NCBI GenBank assembly: GCA_951801655.1
Contig: CATONV010000001.1
Span: forward strand, 21,439-85,438
Origin: an uncultured Oscillospiraceae bacterium
GTDB lineage: Bacteria > Bacillota > Clostridia > Oscillospirales > Oscillospiraceae
Direction: 5' to 3'
Length of the DNA stretch: 64,000 nt
Part shown: positions 36,391 to 45,752 of the stretch, piece after piece
Numbering within the stretch: position 1 is the stretch's first letter
Layout: each line of letters starts with the position of its first letter
Translations under genes and position numbers: made by a program
Notes under the pieces: generated by a model
Seen by the model: the letters and a program-made list of their open reading frames with translations, nothing else
The model's database searches: none
Told to the model about the DNA's origin: nothing

Positions 36391-37275
36391 TCATTTGCCG
36401 TTTTTGATCTCCTGATAGACCTCATAGGCCTGGGACGCGGTGTAGTTCTCATGGACCACCTTACTGATGGCCCGGGCCATACCGGCGGGGCAGTCAGACT
36501 GGAAAATATTTCTGCCCATATCCACCCCGTGGGCCCCCTCCCGAATGGCCCTCCAGGCCATCTCCAGGGCCTCCGCTTCGGGCAGCTTCTTGCCCCCGGC
36601 GATGACAATGGGCACCGGACAGGCGGCGGCCACCTTCTCAAAGCCCTCGCAGTAGTAGCTCTTGACAATGTTGGCGCCGTTCTCCGCCAGCACTCTCGTG
36701 GCCAGCAGGAAGAACTTTTCCGTCCTCTCCATCTCCTTGCCCACGGCCACCACCCCCAGGGTAGGCACGCCGAAGCGGGCCCCGGCGTCGGCGGTGCGGC
36801 AGAGAAGCTCCAGAGACCGGCTCTCGCCTGGGGCGCCGATGAAGGTCTGCACCGCCACGCAGTCGGCGTTCATCCGCAGCGCGTTTTCCATATTGCTGGC
36901 AAAGCCGCCGCCATTGGACATGTCGTCGTAGAGGACGGTGGAGTCGTAGGTCACCCGGAGGCACCGCCCCACCCGGGCGTCCGGGGGGATACAGGCGCGG
37001 AACATACCCCGGGTGCCCATCAGCACATCCACATAGGGGATCAGGGGCGGGATCACCAGATCAATGCGCTCCAGACCGGCGGTGGGCCCCATAATGTAAC
37101 CGTGGTCAAAGGCCAGCATAACGGTATTGCCGGACTGGGGGTTAAAGATCCGGGCCAACCTGGTTTTCATGCCCCAGTCGCAGTGGGCGGCCCCTTTCAC
37201 ATAGAAGCTCCCCTGGGCAGCGGGGACGTCCAGATGATAGTCGTGAGCCGCCTTATTTCCAATGTTGTCAGCCAT
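36391..37275 (-). CDS. lsrF: LsrF (3-hydroxy-5-phosphonooxypentane-2,4-dione thiolase family)
   Basis: FYVKGAAHCDWGMKTRLARIFNPQSGNTVMLAFDHGY, GPTAGLERID, CPVPIVIAGGKKLPE, GVDMGRNIFQS. Confidence 0.93.
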   Translation of the reverse strand: MADNIGNKAAHDYHLDVPAAQGSFYVKGAAHCDWGMKTRLARIFNPQSGNTVMLAFDHGYIMGPTAGLERIDLVIPPLIPYVDVLMGTRGMFRACIPPDARVGRCLRVTYDSTVLYDDMSNGGGFASNMENALRMNADCVAVQTFIGAPGESRSLELLCRTADAGARFGVPTLGVVAVGKEMERTEKFFLLATRVLAENGANIVKSYYCEGFEKVAAACPVPIVIAGGKKLPEAEALEMAWRAIREGAHGVDMGRNIFQSDCPAGMARAISKVVHENYTASQAYEVYQEIKNGK

Positions 37276-37278
37276 AGC

Positions 37279-38271
37279 TTACTCCTTGCTGTAGGCGGGG
37301 GTGTGGCAGGGGGTGTTCCACAGGCGGATAAACTCCTCATCCCATTTGGCAATGTTCATCTGGAAGCCGGCCGCCTCCTGAACCGTGAGAATCTCGCCCA
37401 CCATGCTGGCCACGACCTCCACGCCCTTGGCCTTCAGGAATTCCACCGTGTCCTTAAACAGCACCAGCAGCTCCATCATGGTGGTGGCGCCGCAGCCGTT
37501 GATCATAACAAAGGTCTTATCCCCGGCCTTCAGCTCCAGATTTTTACACAGGGCCTGGGCCACGGTGGCAACCGTATCCCTGGCGCTCATCATAGGCACC
37601 CGGACGCCGCCGCCTTCGCCGTGCTGGCCCGCTCCAATCTCCATCAGGTCGGTCTCCCCCAGATCGCCAAAGGACATGCCGTTCTGGGGATGGGTGGCGT
37701 CGGTGGATTTTACGGTAACAGAGGCCATACTGTCCGCATACCGCTGGGCAATGGCAGCCACCTCGTCTAAGGTTTTGCCCTCCCGGGCGGCGGCGGAGGC
37801 CACGTGGTACAGGGCCACCGCCCCGGCCAGGCCGCGCTTGTTGTCCTCGCCGCTGGGATCGTACTGGATCTCCTCGCCGGTGACCACCTGCCGCACGTTC
37901 ATCCCCGCTTTTTGGGCCAACTTCATGGCCTGCTTGCCGGCCAATTGGTCGCCGGCATAGTTCAGGGTGAGAAGCAGTACCCCGTGGCCCTTGTCCGCCA
38001 GCTTCATGGCCTCAAACACCAGCTGACCATTGGGGGCGGCAAAGATATCGCCCACAGCCTGTACGTCCAGCATGCCCTTGCCCACAAAACCGGCCTGGGC
38101 GGGCTCGTGTCCGGATCCGCCGTAGGTGACAATGGTCACCCGGTCGGCCTCGGCCAGGTCCTTGCTGATCACCAGGTGGCCGTCCACCTCCAGAATGTCC
38201 GGGTAGGCCAGACCCAGGCCCACCAGCTCCTCGTCGGTGATGGTCTCAGGGGCATTGATAAATTTCTTCAT
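37279..38271 (-). CDS. dhaK: Dihydroxyacetone kinase K-subunit family
   Basis: MKKFINAP, GGSGHEPA, GFVGKGMLD, NYAGD, RGLAG, GQHGEGG. Confidence 0.9.
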   Translation of the reverse strand: MKKFINAPETITDEELVGLGLAYPDILEVDGHLVISKDLAEADRVTIVTYGGSGHEPAQAGFVGKGMLDVQAVGDIFAAPNGQLVFEAMKLADKGHGVLLLTLNYAGDQLAGKQAMKLAQKAGMNVRQVVTGEEIQYDPSGEDNKRGLAGAVALYHVASAAAREGKTLDEVAAIAQRYADSMASVTVKSTDATHPQNGMSFGDLGETDLMEIGAGQHGEGGGVRVPMMSARDTVATVAQALCKNLELKAGDKTFVMINGCGATTMMELLVLFKDTVEFLKAKGVEVVASMVGEILTVQEAAGFQMNIAKWDEEFIRLWNTPCHTPAYSKE

Positions 38272-38289
38272 AGTTGTACCTCCTCAAAA

Positions 38290-38895
38290 TTAACTGGCCA
38301 GTCCTTGGAAAAACCGGGACATGGACACTGCACCGGCGTCAGGCGTGCCGATGGTCTTCTCGCCATAGCTCCTGGCCCGGCCGAATTTAGACACAAACTG
38401 TCGGGTGGCCTCAGCCCCCTGGGCGGCGGCCCGGGCGGCGGCGGCAAACAGCTCCCCCTCGTCGTCCCCCTCATAGGCTGCAATGGCCTGGCTGGCGGGA
38501 ATCAGGGCGTCCATCATGGTCTTGTCCCCCACCTTGGCGCCGGACATGTCGTCCATCTCCTCCAAAGCCCGGGCAAAGATGGTCTTAAGCCCCGGAACAT
38601 CGATCTCCTCCCCCTCGGGCGCCTCCTCCTGAAGCCCGTCCAGCCATGTGTTCCACAGGGGAACGGCGCTGCCGCCGTTCAGGGACATAACGGCCATGGC
38701 CGCGTCGTCCAGCATGGACCGGATGCCCCCCTCTGAGTTCTCCACCGCCTGAGAGACCGCCTTGGAGATTTTTGTCATGGTCAGGCCGTGGTCGGCGTCG
38801 CCAAAGCGGGAGTCGATCTCAGTCAGCTCTTTCTCCGCCGCCGTGACAACGGCGCAGGCCCGGCACAGCCGCCCGGCAAATTCTCTTTTTGTCAT
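38290..38895 (-). CDS. dhaL: Dihydroxyacetone kinase L-subunit family (DAK2)
   Basis: LTEIDSRFGDADHG, GAKVGDKTMMDAL, FGRARSYGE, DAGA. Confidence 0.9.
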   Translation of the reverse strand: MTKREFAGRLCRACAVVTAAEKELTEIDSRFGDADHGLTMTKISKAVSQAVENSEGGIRSMLDDAAMAVMSLNGGSAVPLWNTWLDGLQEEAPEGEEIDVPGLKTIFARALEEMDDMSGAKVGDKTMMDALIPASQAIAAYEGDDEGELFAAAARAAAQGAEATRQFVSKFGRARSYGEKTIGTPDAGAVSMSRFFQGLAS

Positions 38896-38963
38896 ACGTT
38901 ATCACCTCCTCGCGCGCAGTACCAGTGGCTGTCGGAGAGGCGTGTGTCTCTCCTGGCAGCAGG

Positions 38964-39009
38964 TGTTACATCTGTTCAAAATATTATCACAGCCAGTTAC
39001 ATAAGTCAA
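38964..39009 (-). promoter_or_regulatory. dhaL promoter with adjacent candidate operator
   Basis: Minus strand TTGACT-17 bp-TAATAT followed by TGAACAGATGTAACA. Confidence 0.6.
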
Positions 39010-39070
39010 CTGGAATTCAATTTTCCCCATATTGGCCATAAGTCAAGTCCTAAAATTAGATATTTTGCAC

Positions 39071-39108
39071 AAAAACGCCTCTCAGGCTGCAATCGCTGCC
39101 TGAGAGGC
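39071..39108 (-). terminator. Terminator after the SorC-family regulator
   Basis: GCCTCTCAGGC...GCCTGAGAGGC followed by GTTTTT on the minus strand. Confidence 0.65.
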
Positions 39109-39119
39109 TAAGATAGGTC

Positions 39120-40052
39120 CTATTGTTCCAAAAGCGCCCTGACCAGGTCCATGCGGGCCACGACATGGGTAAGAAATCCAGACCTGAGAGCCCCGCGCAG
39201 GGCCTTGGCGCTGGTATTGGCGGAGCAGACGCCAATGATATTGGGGCACCGCTTCAAGATATCGATGGGGATCTGAATGGCGAAATCCTTCTCTGACTGG
39301 ATCACATAGCCCTCCTCATTGAAGTAGTAGATCAGCATACGCCCGCAGGCATGCTCCTGTTGGAGCAGGCCGCCGTAGCGGACCAGGGAGGCGAAATCGG
39401 GGCTGGAGGGATAGTCGCCGATATTGACCAGCGCGGCATCCATCTCCTCCCACTGCTGGCAGATGCGGCGGTAGACCTCGGTGGAGGACAGCACCTGTTT
39501 CTCCTCCAAGCTGTCGGGCAGGGCCGGCAAATAGAGAAAATGGGGCGTCGCCCCCATCTGTCGGGCCATCAGGCGGACGTTTTCATTAGACTGGTAATTT
39601 CGTGCGGGGATACTGGCATTGCCCACCAGGGGGCAGATGTCGGTAACGGTGCTGCCCGGCTGCGGGTTCTCCTCCAGCCAGGTAACCAGCTGGCCGATCA
39701 GATAGCCCCATCCCACCCCCAGCCGGCGGACTCCCAGCTGACGCAGCAGCTCCACGGCTCCCTGAGACAGCAGGCGGTTGGTCGCGTCGTTGTCCGCGCC
39801 CTCCTCCACCAGCACGCCGCCCCGTATGGAGCCGCGTAACCGCAGCTGTTCCAGCAGCCCGGCCGCCCGGGCACCCGGCTCGTGAATGGTAATCTCCACA
39901 ATGCCCAGCTCCCGGGCCTCCGACAGCATTCGGCTCACCAGCGGGCGGGATACCCCCAGCTCCCGGGCAATATCTCTCTGCTTCTGGTCCTCCAAGTAGT
40001 ACCGCCGGGCCACATAGGCCAGCCTTTTTTGCTTCTCCAGATTTGTATCCAC
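39120..40052 (-). CDS. SorC/LsrR-family sugar-phosphate-binding regulator (GTG start)
   Basis: VARRYYLEDQKQRDIARELGVSRPLVSRMLSEARELGIVEITI; GVGWG; C-terminal sugar-binding domain. Confidence 0.88.
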   Translation of the reverse strand: MDTNLEKQKRLAYVARRYYLEDQKQRDIARELGVSRPLVSRMLSEARELGIVEITIHEPGARAAGLLEQLRLRGSIRGGVLVEEGADNDATNRLLSQGAVELLRQLGVRRLGVGWGYLIGQLVTWLEENPQPGSTVTDICPLVGNASIPARNYQSNENVRLMARQMGATPHFLYLPALPDSLEEKQVLSSTEVYRRICQQWEEMDAALVNIGDYPSSPDFASLVRYGGLLQQEHACGRMLIYYFNEEGYVIQSEKDFAIQIPIDILKRCPNIIGVCSANTSAKALRGALRSGFLTHVVARMDLVRALLEQ

Positions 40053-40077
40053 AAAATTGCCCCTTATATCAGCAGCC

Positions 40078-40093
40078 TGTTACATATGTTACA
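40078..40093 (-). promoter_or_regulatory. Candidate autoregulatory operator
   Basis: TGTAACATATGTAACA on the minus strand; same motif as upstream of dhaL. Confidence 0.55.
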
Positions 40094-40269
40094 TTCTAAT
40101 TTATATCACAAAATACGCTTGGATGCAAGTCCGATTCTCCGGGCCAGCCGAAGCTGCGGCGCTTTGTCTGTGTGTTGAGTGAACGTTTATTTATGCCCCT
40201 GATAAAAAACTGCCCCTGCGGCATTTCGCACGCAGGGCAAAGATCATATTACCGGCCAAGGATATCCGC

Positions 40270-40298
40270 TTGCAATTCCCGACACAATTAGATATAAT
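40270..40298 (+). promoter_or_regulatory. Sigma-A promoter of the FadR-family gene
   Basis: TTGCAA-17 bp-TATAAT. Confidence 0.7.
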
Positions 40299-40338
40299 GG
40301 ACGAAGCGACTATTTGGGGAAGGAGGGGACGGTTTCCG

Positions 40339-41097
40339 ATGAAGGATGCGGCATTTGAAAGTATCCAGATCAGGGATTCCTCTCTGGCGGAACGAACGGC
40401 GGAGCAGATTTCAAAACTGATTGTGGAACAGCACCTGACCTGTGAGGACAGACTCCCCAGCGAATTTGAGCTGGCGGAGCTGTTGAACGTGGGCCGAGGA
40501 ACCGTCCGCGAGGGCGTAAAGCTTCTTGTCGCCCGGAACGTGCTGGAGATTCGCCGAGGCAAGGGCACCTACATCGCCTCCAATCCTGGGGAGATTCCCG
40601 ACCCTCTGGGCTTTGCCTACTACCCCGACCAGCTCCGGCTGGCCATGGACCTGGTGGAGATACGTGGGCATCTGGAGCCCTGGGTGGCCAGAATGGCGGC
40701 AGAGAGAGCAAATGAAGAGGATCTGTCCATTCTGCGGCAGGCCTGCTCCACGGTGGAACAGGACATTCTGGCTGAGAGAGACCACTCAAACAGCGATGTG
40801 CGCTTCCATGTGTCCATCGCCAAGTGTACTCATAATCTGGTGGTGCCCAAGCTGATCCCCGTCATCACCTACGCCATCACCCTGTTTGTCTCGCTGACAG
40901 AGAGCCGATTGAAAATGGAGACGCTGGTGGATCACCGGGAGCTGCTGGACGCCATCTCCACCGGCGACGGCAGTCGTGCGGAAAAGGCAATGGCCCGGCA
41001 CATCGAATACAACAGGGTCCTGATGCAGGAGCTCATCAGAAAAATGTCTGACTCCCCCGGCAGCACAGAGCGGTCTTCTCCCGAACATCTACTGTGA
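40339..41097 (+). CDS. GntR/FadR-family transcriptional regulator
   Basis: Start MKDAAF after AGGAGG; RLPSEFELAELLNVGRGTVREG, RRGKGTY; FCD motif DVRFH. Confidence 0.92.
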   Translation: MKDAAFESIQIRDSSLAERTAEQISKLIVEQHLTCEDRLPSEFELAELLNVGRGTVREGVKLLVARNVLEIRRGKGTYIASNPGEIPDPLGFAYYPDQLRLAMDLVEIRGHLEPWVARMAAERANEEDLSILRQACSTVEQDILAERDHSNSDVRFHVSIAKCTHNLVVPKLIPVITYAITLFVSLTESRLKMETLVDHRELLDAISTGDGSRAEKAMARHIEYNRVLMQELIRKMSDSPGSTERSSPEHLL

Positions 41098-41107
41098 ATA
41101 CAAAGCC

Positions 41108-41147
41108 AAGCCGGCGGATGGGAAGTTATTTCCCATCCGCCGGTTTC
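41108..41147. terminator. Bidirectional terminator
   Basis: CCGGCGGATGGGAA-GTTAT-TTCCCATCCGCCGG between convergent genes. Confidence 0.8.
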
Positions 41148-41173
41148 TGTCTGCCGGGGGAGGTCCGGTTTTC

Positions 41174-42313
41174 CTACAGCCGCCCCGTCAGGGCCCTCTC
41201 CAGCAGCTCGGGCAGCTTTTCCGGGGCGCAGGCAAAGCAGGGGATCCCCATCTCGGCAATCCGCTGGGCAGTGAGGGCGTCGTAATAGGGCTTGCCGCCG
41301 TCCGCTATGGCCAGCAGAACAATCACCGTCACCCCGGAGGTCTTCATCTCCTCCAGCCGGCGGAGCAAGGCCGCCCGGTTGCCCCCCTCATCCAGGTCGG
41401 AGATCAGGAAGAACAGACTCTTGTCGGGAGATTCCACCAGCCCCTGGCAGTAGGCGATGGACTTGGCAATGTCAGTGCCGCCCCCCATTTGAAAGCCGAA
41501 GAGAAGATCCACCGGGTCGGCGCACAGAGGAGACAGGTCCATGATCTTGGTGTCGAAAGCCACCACGCTGGTTTTCACCGCGGACATGGAGGCCAGCACG
41601 CAGGCCATCACTGAGGAGTAGAGGATGGACTGGCCCATGGAGCCGCTCTGGTCGATGTCCAGGATCACGTGCCACCGGTTGACACGGCTGGATCGGTCGA
41701 AGAACCACACCCTCTCGGGGATGATACTTCCCAACTCTTTGTTATAATTCTTCAGGTTTCTCCGAATTGTATAGGGAAAATCCAGGGCGGCCGCAGAGGG
41801 CAGGGGGGAGTGAGTCCGTCGGTTCAGGCCCGCCGTCACCGCCCGGCGCACATCGTTCTCCAGCAGCCTGTTGATTTCCTCCACAATCTTGCGGATAAAG
41901 GCCCGGGCAGACTCCTTGGACTTTTTGGGGATCTGGTCCTTGAGCATCAGCAGGGTGGAGGCCAGATTCAGGTCTGGCTCCAAACTCTCCAGCAGCTCGG
42001 GCTCCAGCAGCAGCTGCTTTAAGCCCTTGCGCTCAATGGCGTCGTTCTGCACCACCGCCACCGTCTCCGGATCGAAGAGAGAGCGCAGATCGCCCAGCCA
42101 CTTGGAGATGTGTGGGGAGGAGGGCCCCTTTCCCGCTCCGCCGCCGGAACTGCCGGCAAAACTCTCGCCGGGGCCACCATAGATGGCCCCCAGGGCGGAG
42201 TCCATCAGCCACTCCTCCTGAGACAGGGGACTTCCCCCCATCTGGTCAAAGGATTCCTCCGTCTCGGCACCCAGAATCAGCCGCCAGCGGGAGAGTTGTT
42301 CCGTTTGTGACAT
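41174..42313 (-). CDS. VWA domain protein (YehP/CoxE-like)
   Basis: RWRLILG N-terminus; MIDAS DIDQSGSM; GGGTDIA; LISDLDEGG. Confidence 0.88.
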   Translation of the reverse strand: MSQTEQLSRWRLILGAETEESFDQMGGSPLSQEEWLMDSALGAIYGGPGESFAGSSGGGAGKGPSSPHISKWLGDLRSLFDPETVAVVQNDAIERKGLKQLLLEPELLESLEPDLNLASTLLMLKDQIPKKSKESARAFIRKIVEEINRLLENDVRRAVTAGLNRRTHSPLPSAAALDFPYTIRRNLKNYNKELGSIIPERVWFFDRSSRVNRWHVILDIDQSGSMGQSILYSSVMACVLASMSAVKTSVVAFDTKIMDLSPLCADPVDLLFGFQMGGGTDIAKSIAYCQGLVESPDKSLFFLISDLDEGGNRAALLRRLEEMKTSGVTVIVLLAIADGGKPYYDALTAQRIAEMGIPCFACAPEKLPELLERALTGRL

Positions 42314-42324
42314 AGGCGCACCCC

Positions 42325-44646
42325 CTAAATATCATCAAAGTCGAAGTCGGACAGGCTGTCCAGCACGGCCTGCTCGGTCTCGGTAACGTCGTTCATCAGG
42401 GCCTCTGCGGCCTGCCGGGGGCTGACGCCCCAGATTTCCCCCAGATTCTCCGCAATGTCGTTCTTCTCCTTGGGGGAGAAGTCGGCAAAGGCCCGGCGGA
42501 GGAAGACCAGCGCCCGGCGGAAGGTCTCGTCATCCAGCGTGCTGAGATAGTCGTCCAGCTGCTGCCACAGGGACAGCCGGGCGATCAGGGCATATCGGTT
42601 TTTCCCGGCCAGGCCCTCGAACCACCCTGCCCCCAGGTCGGCGGGGACGCCGGGAGACAGCCGCCGGGCCACCTCCCGGGCCAGGAGTTCCTCGTCCGCC
42701 TCCCCTCTCTCCAGCAGGATGGCCATGGCAAAGCCGGAACAGCGTGTGTTCAGGTCGTCCCGGTCAGAGATCTCCTCCAGCAGGCGCACCCACCGGTCCT
42801 GTTCCAAAAAGTCGTGGCTGAGCTGGAGGGCGTTCAGCTGATCCATGGCCTTTGTCACCGCCGGGGCGGCCTGGGCGTCGCAGACGCAGGCGTCCGTCAG
42901 GGTAAGGCAGGCCCTCAGATACAGCTGCTTCACCAGCGGAATCACCGGGTTTCGGTCGAATCGGCGCAGATCGCCGTACCGCACCACCAGACTGAGTCGG
43001 GTAGCCGTCTCGGCCACGTCAGAAATGGCGGCGGCATCCACACTCAGTCCCTGAAGTACCGACAGGGCGTGGGCCGCGGCAGCGGGCATCCCGCACAGGA
43101 AGGCATCCTGAAAGATGGCGGCCGCCTGACTGATGGAGGTGCTGTTGTCGGCTCTCTCCTTCAGGGCAAAGGCGGCGGCCCCCTCAATGGTGTCCCCCAT
43201 CAGGGCGGACTCCACAATTTCGATCTCCGCCTCCGGTGTCCAGCGCAGCTCCCAGTACTCCCCCCAGTTGGCCCCCTCCTGCCGTGAGGGGAGAAGGGCG
43301 GCAAAGTGTACCCCCAGCACCCGCAGGCGGTGGAGGAAGAAGGAGCGGTTCAGGTCGGCCAGCGCCGCCTTCTCCGACTTCACGTTCAGCTTCTCCCGCA
43401 AATCCAGGTCCAGCCGCTGAAGCTGGCTGGTGCGGAATTTTTCCAGCCGCAGCTCCTTGAGCCGCCGGTAGAAGTCCTCCTGCACGCTGGTGCGGCTCAC
43501 CCCCTCGGGGAGAAAGCCGATCCTGGTCCCAATCTCGGTGTCCGCCGCCGCCAGGGCCAGCTGGGAGAACTGCCCGTGCCCCATGGTGGCAACCGAGGCG
43601 TCCCGCAGGTCTGACAGGGTGGGATATCGGCTCCCCCGCATGGCGCACAAAACCTTCGCCAGGCGTGCGGCCTCAATCACCTCGGCGGAGGACACCAGGT
43701 TGCCCGCCTTTCGGTGGGCGGCGGCCAGCCGGGTGAGATAGAGGTAGGGGGCCTGCTCCAGCCCCGCGCCGCTCAGCGCCTCCCAGAGGATTTCAAAGTA
43801 GGCCGGGGCCTTGTTCCCCGCCCCGTAGCCCGACCGCGTAGACAGCCGGTAGTAGGAGTAGGGCATCAGGGTGGCCATGGCTTCCGCCCGGGGGAGGGCG
43901 TCCGCCTCCTCGTCCGTCATGGGGGGAGTTTCCTCCAAGCCCGCCACATGGAAGGCCCCGCAGACGCAGAAGATTTTCTCCGCCGGGACGCCGCTGTCCA
44001 CCGCCTGACAGATCACCCGCTTCATGTAGGCCTCCCGCACCAGCGTCTCGGCCCTGTCACGCCGGCTGTCCTCCGACGCCGCCCGCAGCTGACGGCCAAA
44101 GGCGTCGGAGGCGGCCTGATAGTCCTCTCTCTGCTCAAAGTGCCTCTCCCAGAAGGTGTCGTGTTCCTCGCCGGTGAGGGTCTCCAGCCGGCGGTAGATG
44201 GATTCGGTGGTTTGGGCGGTGTCCTCCGTGTAGGGGCGGATATCATCCGCCCGTTCTTCAGCAGTCTCAGCGTTATCTTGCGGGCGGATCATATCCGCCT
44301 CTGCTGACGCCTCCTCCGCCTCCCGGAAGGCTAGAAATACCGACGACGGCAGGTCCATAAACCGGCACTCCACCTTGTTCTCGTGGGCCCAGAGGATGGC
44401 CTGGACCTCCGGGGAGTAGATGGCAAAGGGCCACAGGATGGTGCGTACCGGGGGCGTCTGAGTGTAGGCCAGAATGGCGGCGGGAAACTGAGTTTCAGGG
44501 TGACACAGCCACTCCATCTGGCCGTTTAAGTCGCTGGGGCCCTCCACCAGCACCAGCCGGGGTTTTGCCTCGTCCAGGGCCTGGCGCAGGTGATGTGCCG
44601 CCGCCGGGGACAGGTGCCGCACGCCGAAAAATGTCGGTCTGTTCAT
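42325..44646 (-). CDS. DUF5682 / YehM-like protein
   Basis: Start MNRPTFFGVRHLSP; VLVEGP, YSPE, REAYM, VCGAFHV, LMPYSYYRLSTRSGYGAGN. Confidence 0.82.
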   Translation of the reverse strand: MNRPTFFGVRHLSPAAAHHLRQALDEAKPRLVLVEGPSDLNGQMEWLCHPETQFPAAILAYTQTPPVRTILWPFAIYSPEVQAILWAHENKVECRFMDLPSSVFLAFREAEEASAEADMIRPQDNAETAEERADDIRPYTEDTAQTTESIYRRLETLTGEEHDTFWERHFEQREDYQAASDAFGRQLRAASEDSRRDRAETLVREAYMKRVICQAVDSGVPAEKIFCVCGAFHVAGLEETPPMTDEEADALPRAEAMATLMPYSYYRLSTRSGYGAGNKAPAYFEILWEALSGAGLEQAPYLYLTRLAAAHRKAGNLVSSAEVIEAARLAKVLCAMRGSRYPTLSDLRDASVATMGHGQFSQLALAAADTEIGTRIGFLPEGVSRTSVQEDFYRRLKELRLEKFRTSQLQRLDLDLREKLNVKSEKAALADLNRSFFLHRLRVLGVHFAALLPSRQEGANWGEYWELRWTPEAEIEIVESALMGDTIEGAAAFALKERADNSTSISQAAAIFQDAFLCGMPAAAAHALSVLQGLSVDAAAISDVAETATRLSLVVRYGDLRRFDRNPVIPLVKQLYLRACLTLTDACVCDAQAAPAVTKAMDQLNALQLSHDFLEQDRWVRLLEEISDRDDLNTRCSGFAMAILLERGEADEELLAREVARRLSPGVPADLGAGWFEGLAGKNRYALIARLSLWQQLDDYLSTLDDETFRRALVFLRRAFADFSPKEKNDIAENLGEIWGVSPRQAAEALMNDVTETEQAVLDSLSDFDFDDI
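44230..44304. repeat. GTAG-family REP doublet located inside the DUF5682 CDS
   Basis: GTAGGGGCGGATATCATCCGCCCG...CGGGCGGATCATATCCGCCTCTGC; left arm is 23/24 identical to the intergenic copy at 60428. Confidence 0.85.
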
Positions 44647-45737
44647 TTCCCGTTCAGCTCCCGGCAGGCCCGGTAGAGGGGCAGCCACTCTCCCCCCCGC
44701 TTTTTCATCACGTTCTCCAGATATTCCTTCCAGCTCACCTTGTCCTTCTCCTCGTCCTTCACCACCGCGCCCTGAAGGCCGGCGGCCAGGTCTCTGGCGG
44801 CGATGGCGCCGTCTCCAAAGCTGCCGGCCAGAGCCATGGAGTTGCACAGCAGGGAGATGGCCTCGGCAGTGGACAGCACCCCGGAGGTGGCTTTCAGCTT
44901 CTGTTTGCCATCCAGGGTGGCGCCGGAGCGCAGCTCCCGGAAGATGGTGACCACCTTCTCCACCGTGTCCTCCCCAGGCTGACCGGCGTTCAGGTCCAGC
45001 CCGGCGGACAGCTGTTCCACACGGGTACGGACAATATCCATCTCGGTCTCCAGGTTCGACGGGGTGGGCAAAACCACGATGTTGAACCGCCGTTTCAGGG
45101 CGGCGGACATGTCGTTAACCCCCTTGTCCCTGGTGTTGGCGGTGGCAATTACCGAAAATCCCTTTCGTGCCGGAACTTCCAGCCCCAGCTCCGGGACGGA
45201 CAGCCGCTTCTCCGACAGGATAGAGATGAGGGCGTCCTGAACCTCGCTGGCGCAGCGGGAGATCTCCTCCATGCGGGCGACAGAGCCCGTCTCCATGGCC
45301 CGATACACCGGACTTTTCACCATGGCCTCAAGACAGGGGCCCTTGGCGATGAGCATGGCGTAGTTCCAGGAGTAGCGAATCTGCTCCTCCGTGGTGCCGG
45401 CGGTGCCCTGGACCACCTTGGTGGAGTCGCCGTTGACGGCGGCGGCCAGGTGCTCGCTCAGCCAGCTCTTGGCGGTGCCCGGTTCGCCGATGAGAAGGAG
45501 GGCCCGGTCGGTGACCAGAGTGGCGATGGCGATTTCCACCAGTCTCTGGTTTCCCATGTACTTGGGGGTAATGTCCACTCCCTTCACCTTGGTGTTGCCC
45601 TGAATGTAGGTCAGCACCGACCGGGGGGACATCCGCCATCCGGTGGGAATCGTGTCGGTCTCCGCCGAAATCAGGGCGTCCAGCTCCCGCTGGAAAAGCT
45701 CCTCTGCCGGGAGGCGCTGTACGTTTTTGTCTGCCAT
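44643..45737 (-). CDS. MoxR-family AAA+ ATPase, YehL subfamily
   Basis: GWRMSPR, Walker A GEPGTAKSWLSE, QGTAGTTE, YSWNYA, EEISRC, ATANTRDKGVNDMSAALKRRF. Confidence 0.9.
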   Translation of the reverse strand: MADKNVQRLPAEELFQRELDALISAETDTIPTGWRMSPRSVLTYIQGNTKVKGVDITPKYMGNQRLVEIAIATLVTDRALLLIGEPGTAKSWLSEHLAAAVNGDSTKVVQGTAGTTEEQIRYSWNYAMLIAKGPCLEAMVKSPVYRAMETGSVARMEEISRCASEVQDALISILSEKRLSVPELGLEVPARKGFSVIATANTRDKGVNDMSAALKRRFNIVVLPTPSNLETEMDIVRTRVEQLSAGLDLNAGQPGEDTVEKVVTIFRELRSGATLDGKQKLKATSGVLSTAEAISLLCNSMALAGSFGDGAIAARDLAAGLQGAVVKDEEKDKVSWKEYLENVMKKRGGEWLPLYRACRELNGK

Positions 45738-45752
45738 TGTCGTTCACTCCTT

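Noticed and set aside
36378-36668. N-terminal 97 aa of the track's 204-aa ORF (36054-36668)
   Set aside because: Overlaps lsrF out of frame; the real start is ATG 36377 with a strong RBS. Similar over-extended starts were trimmed for several other genes.
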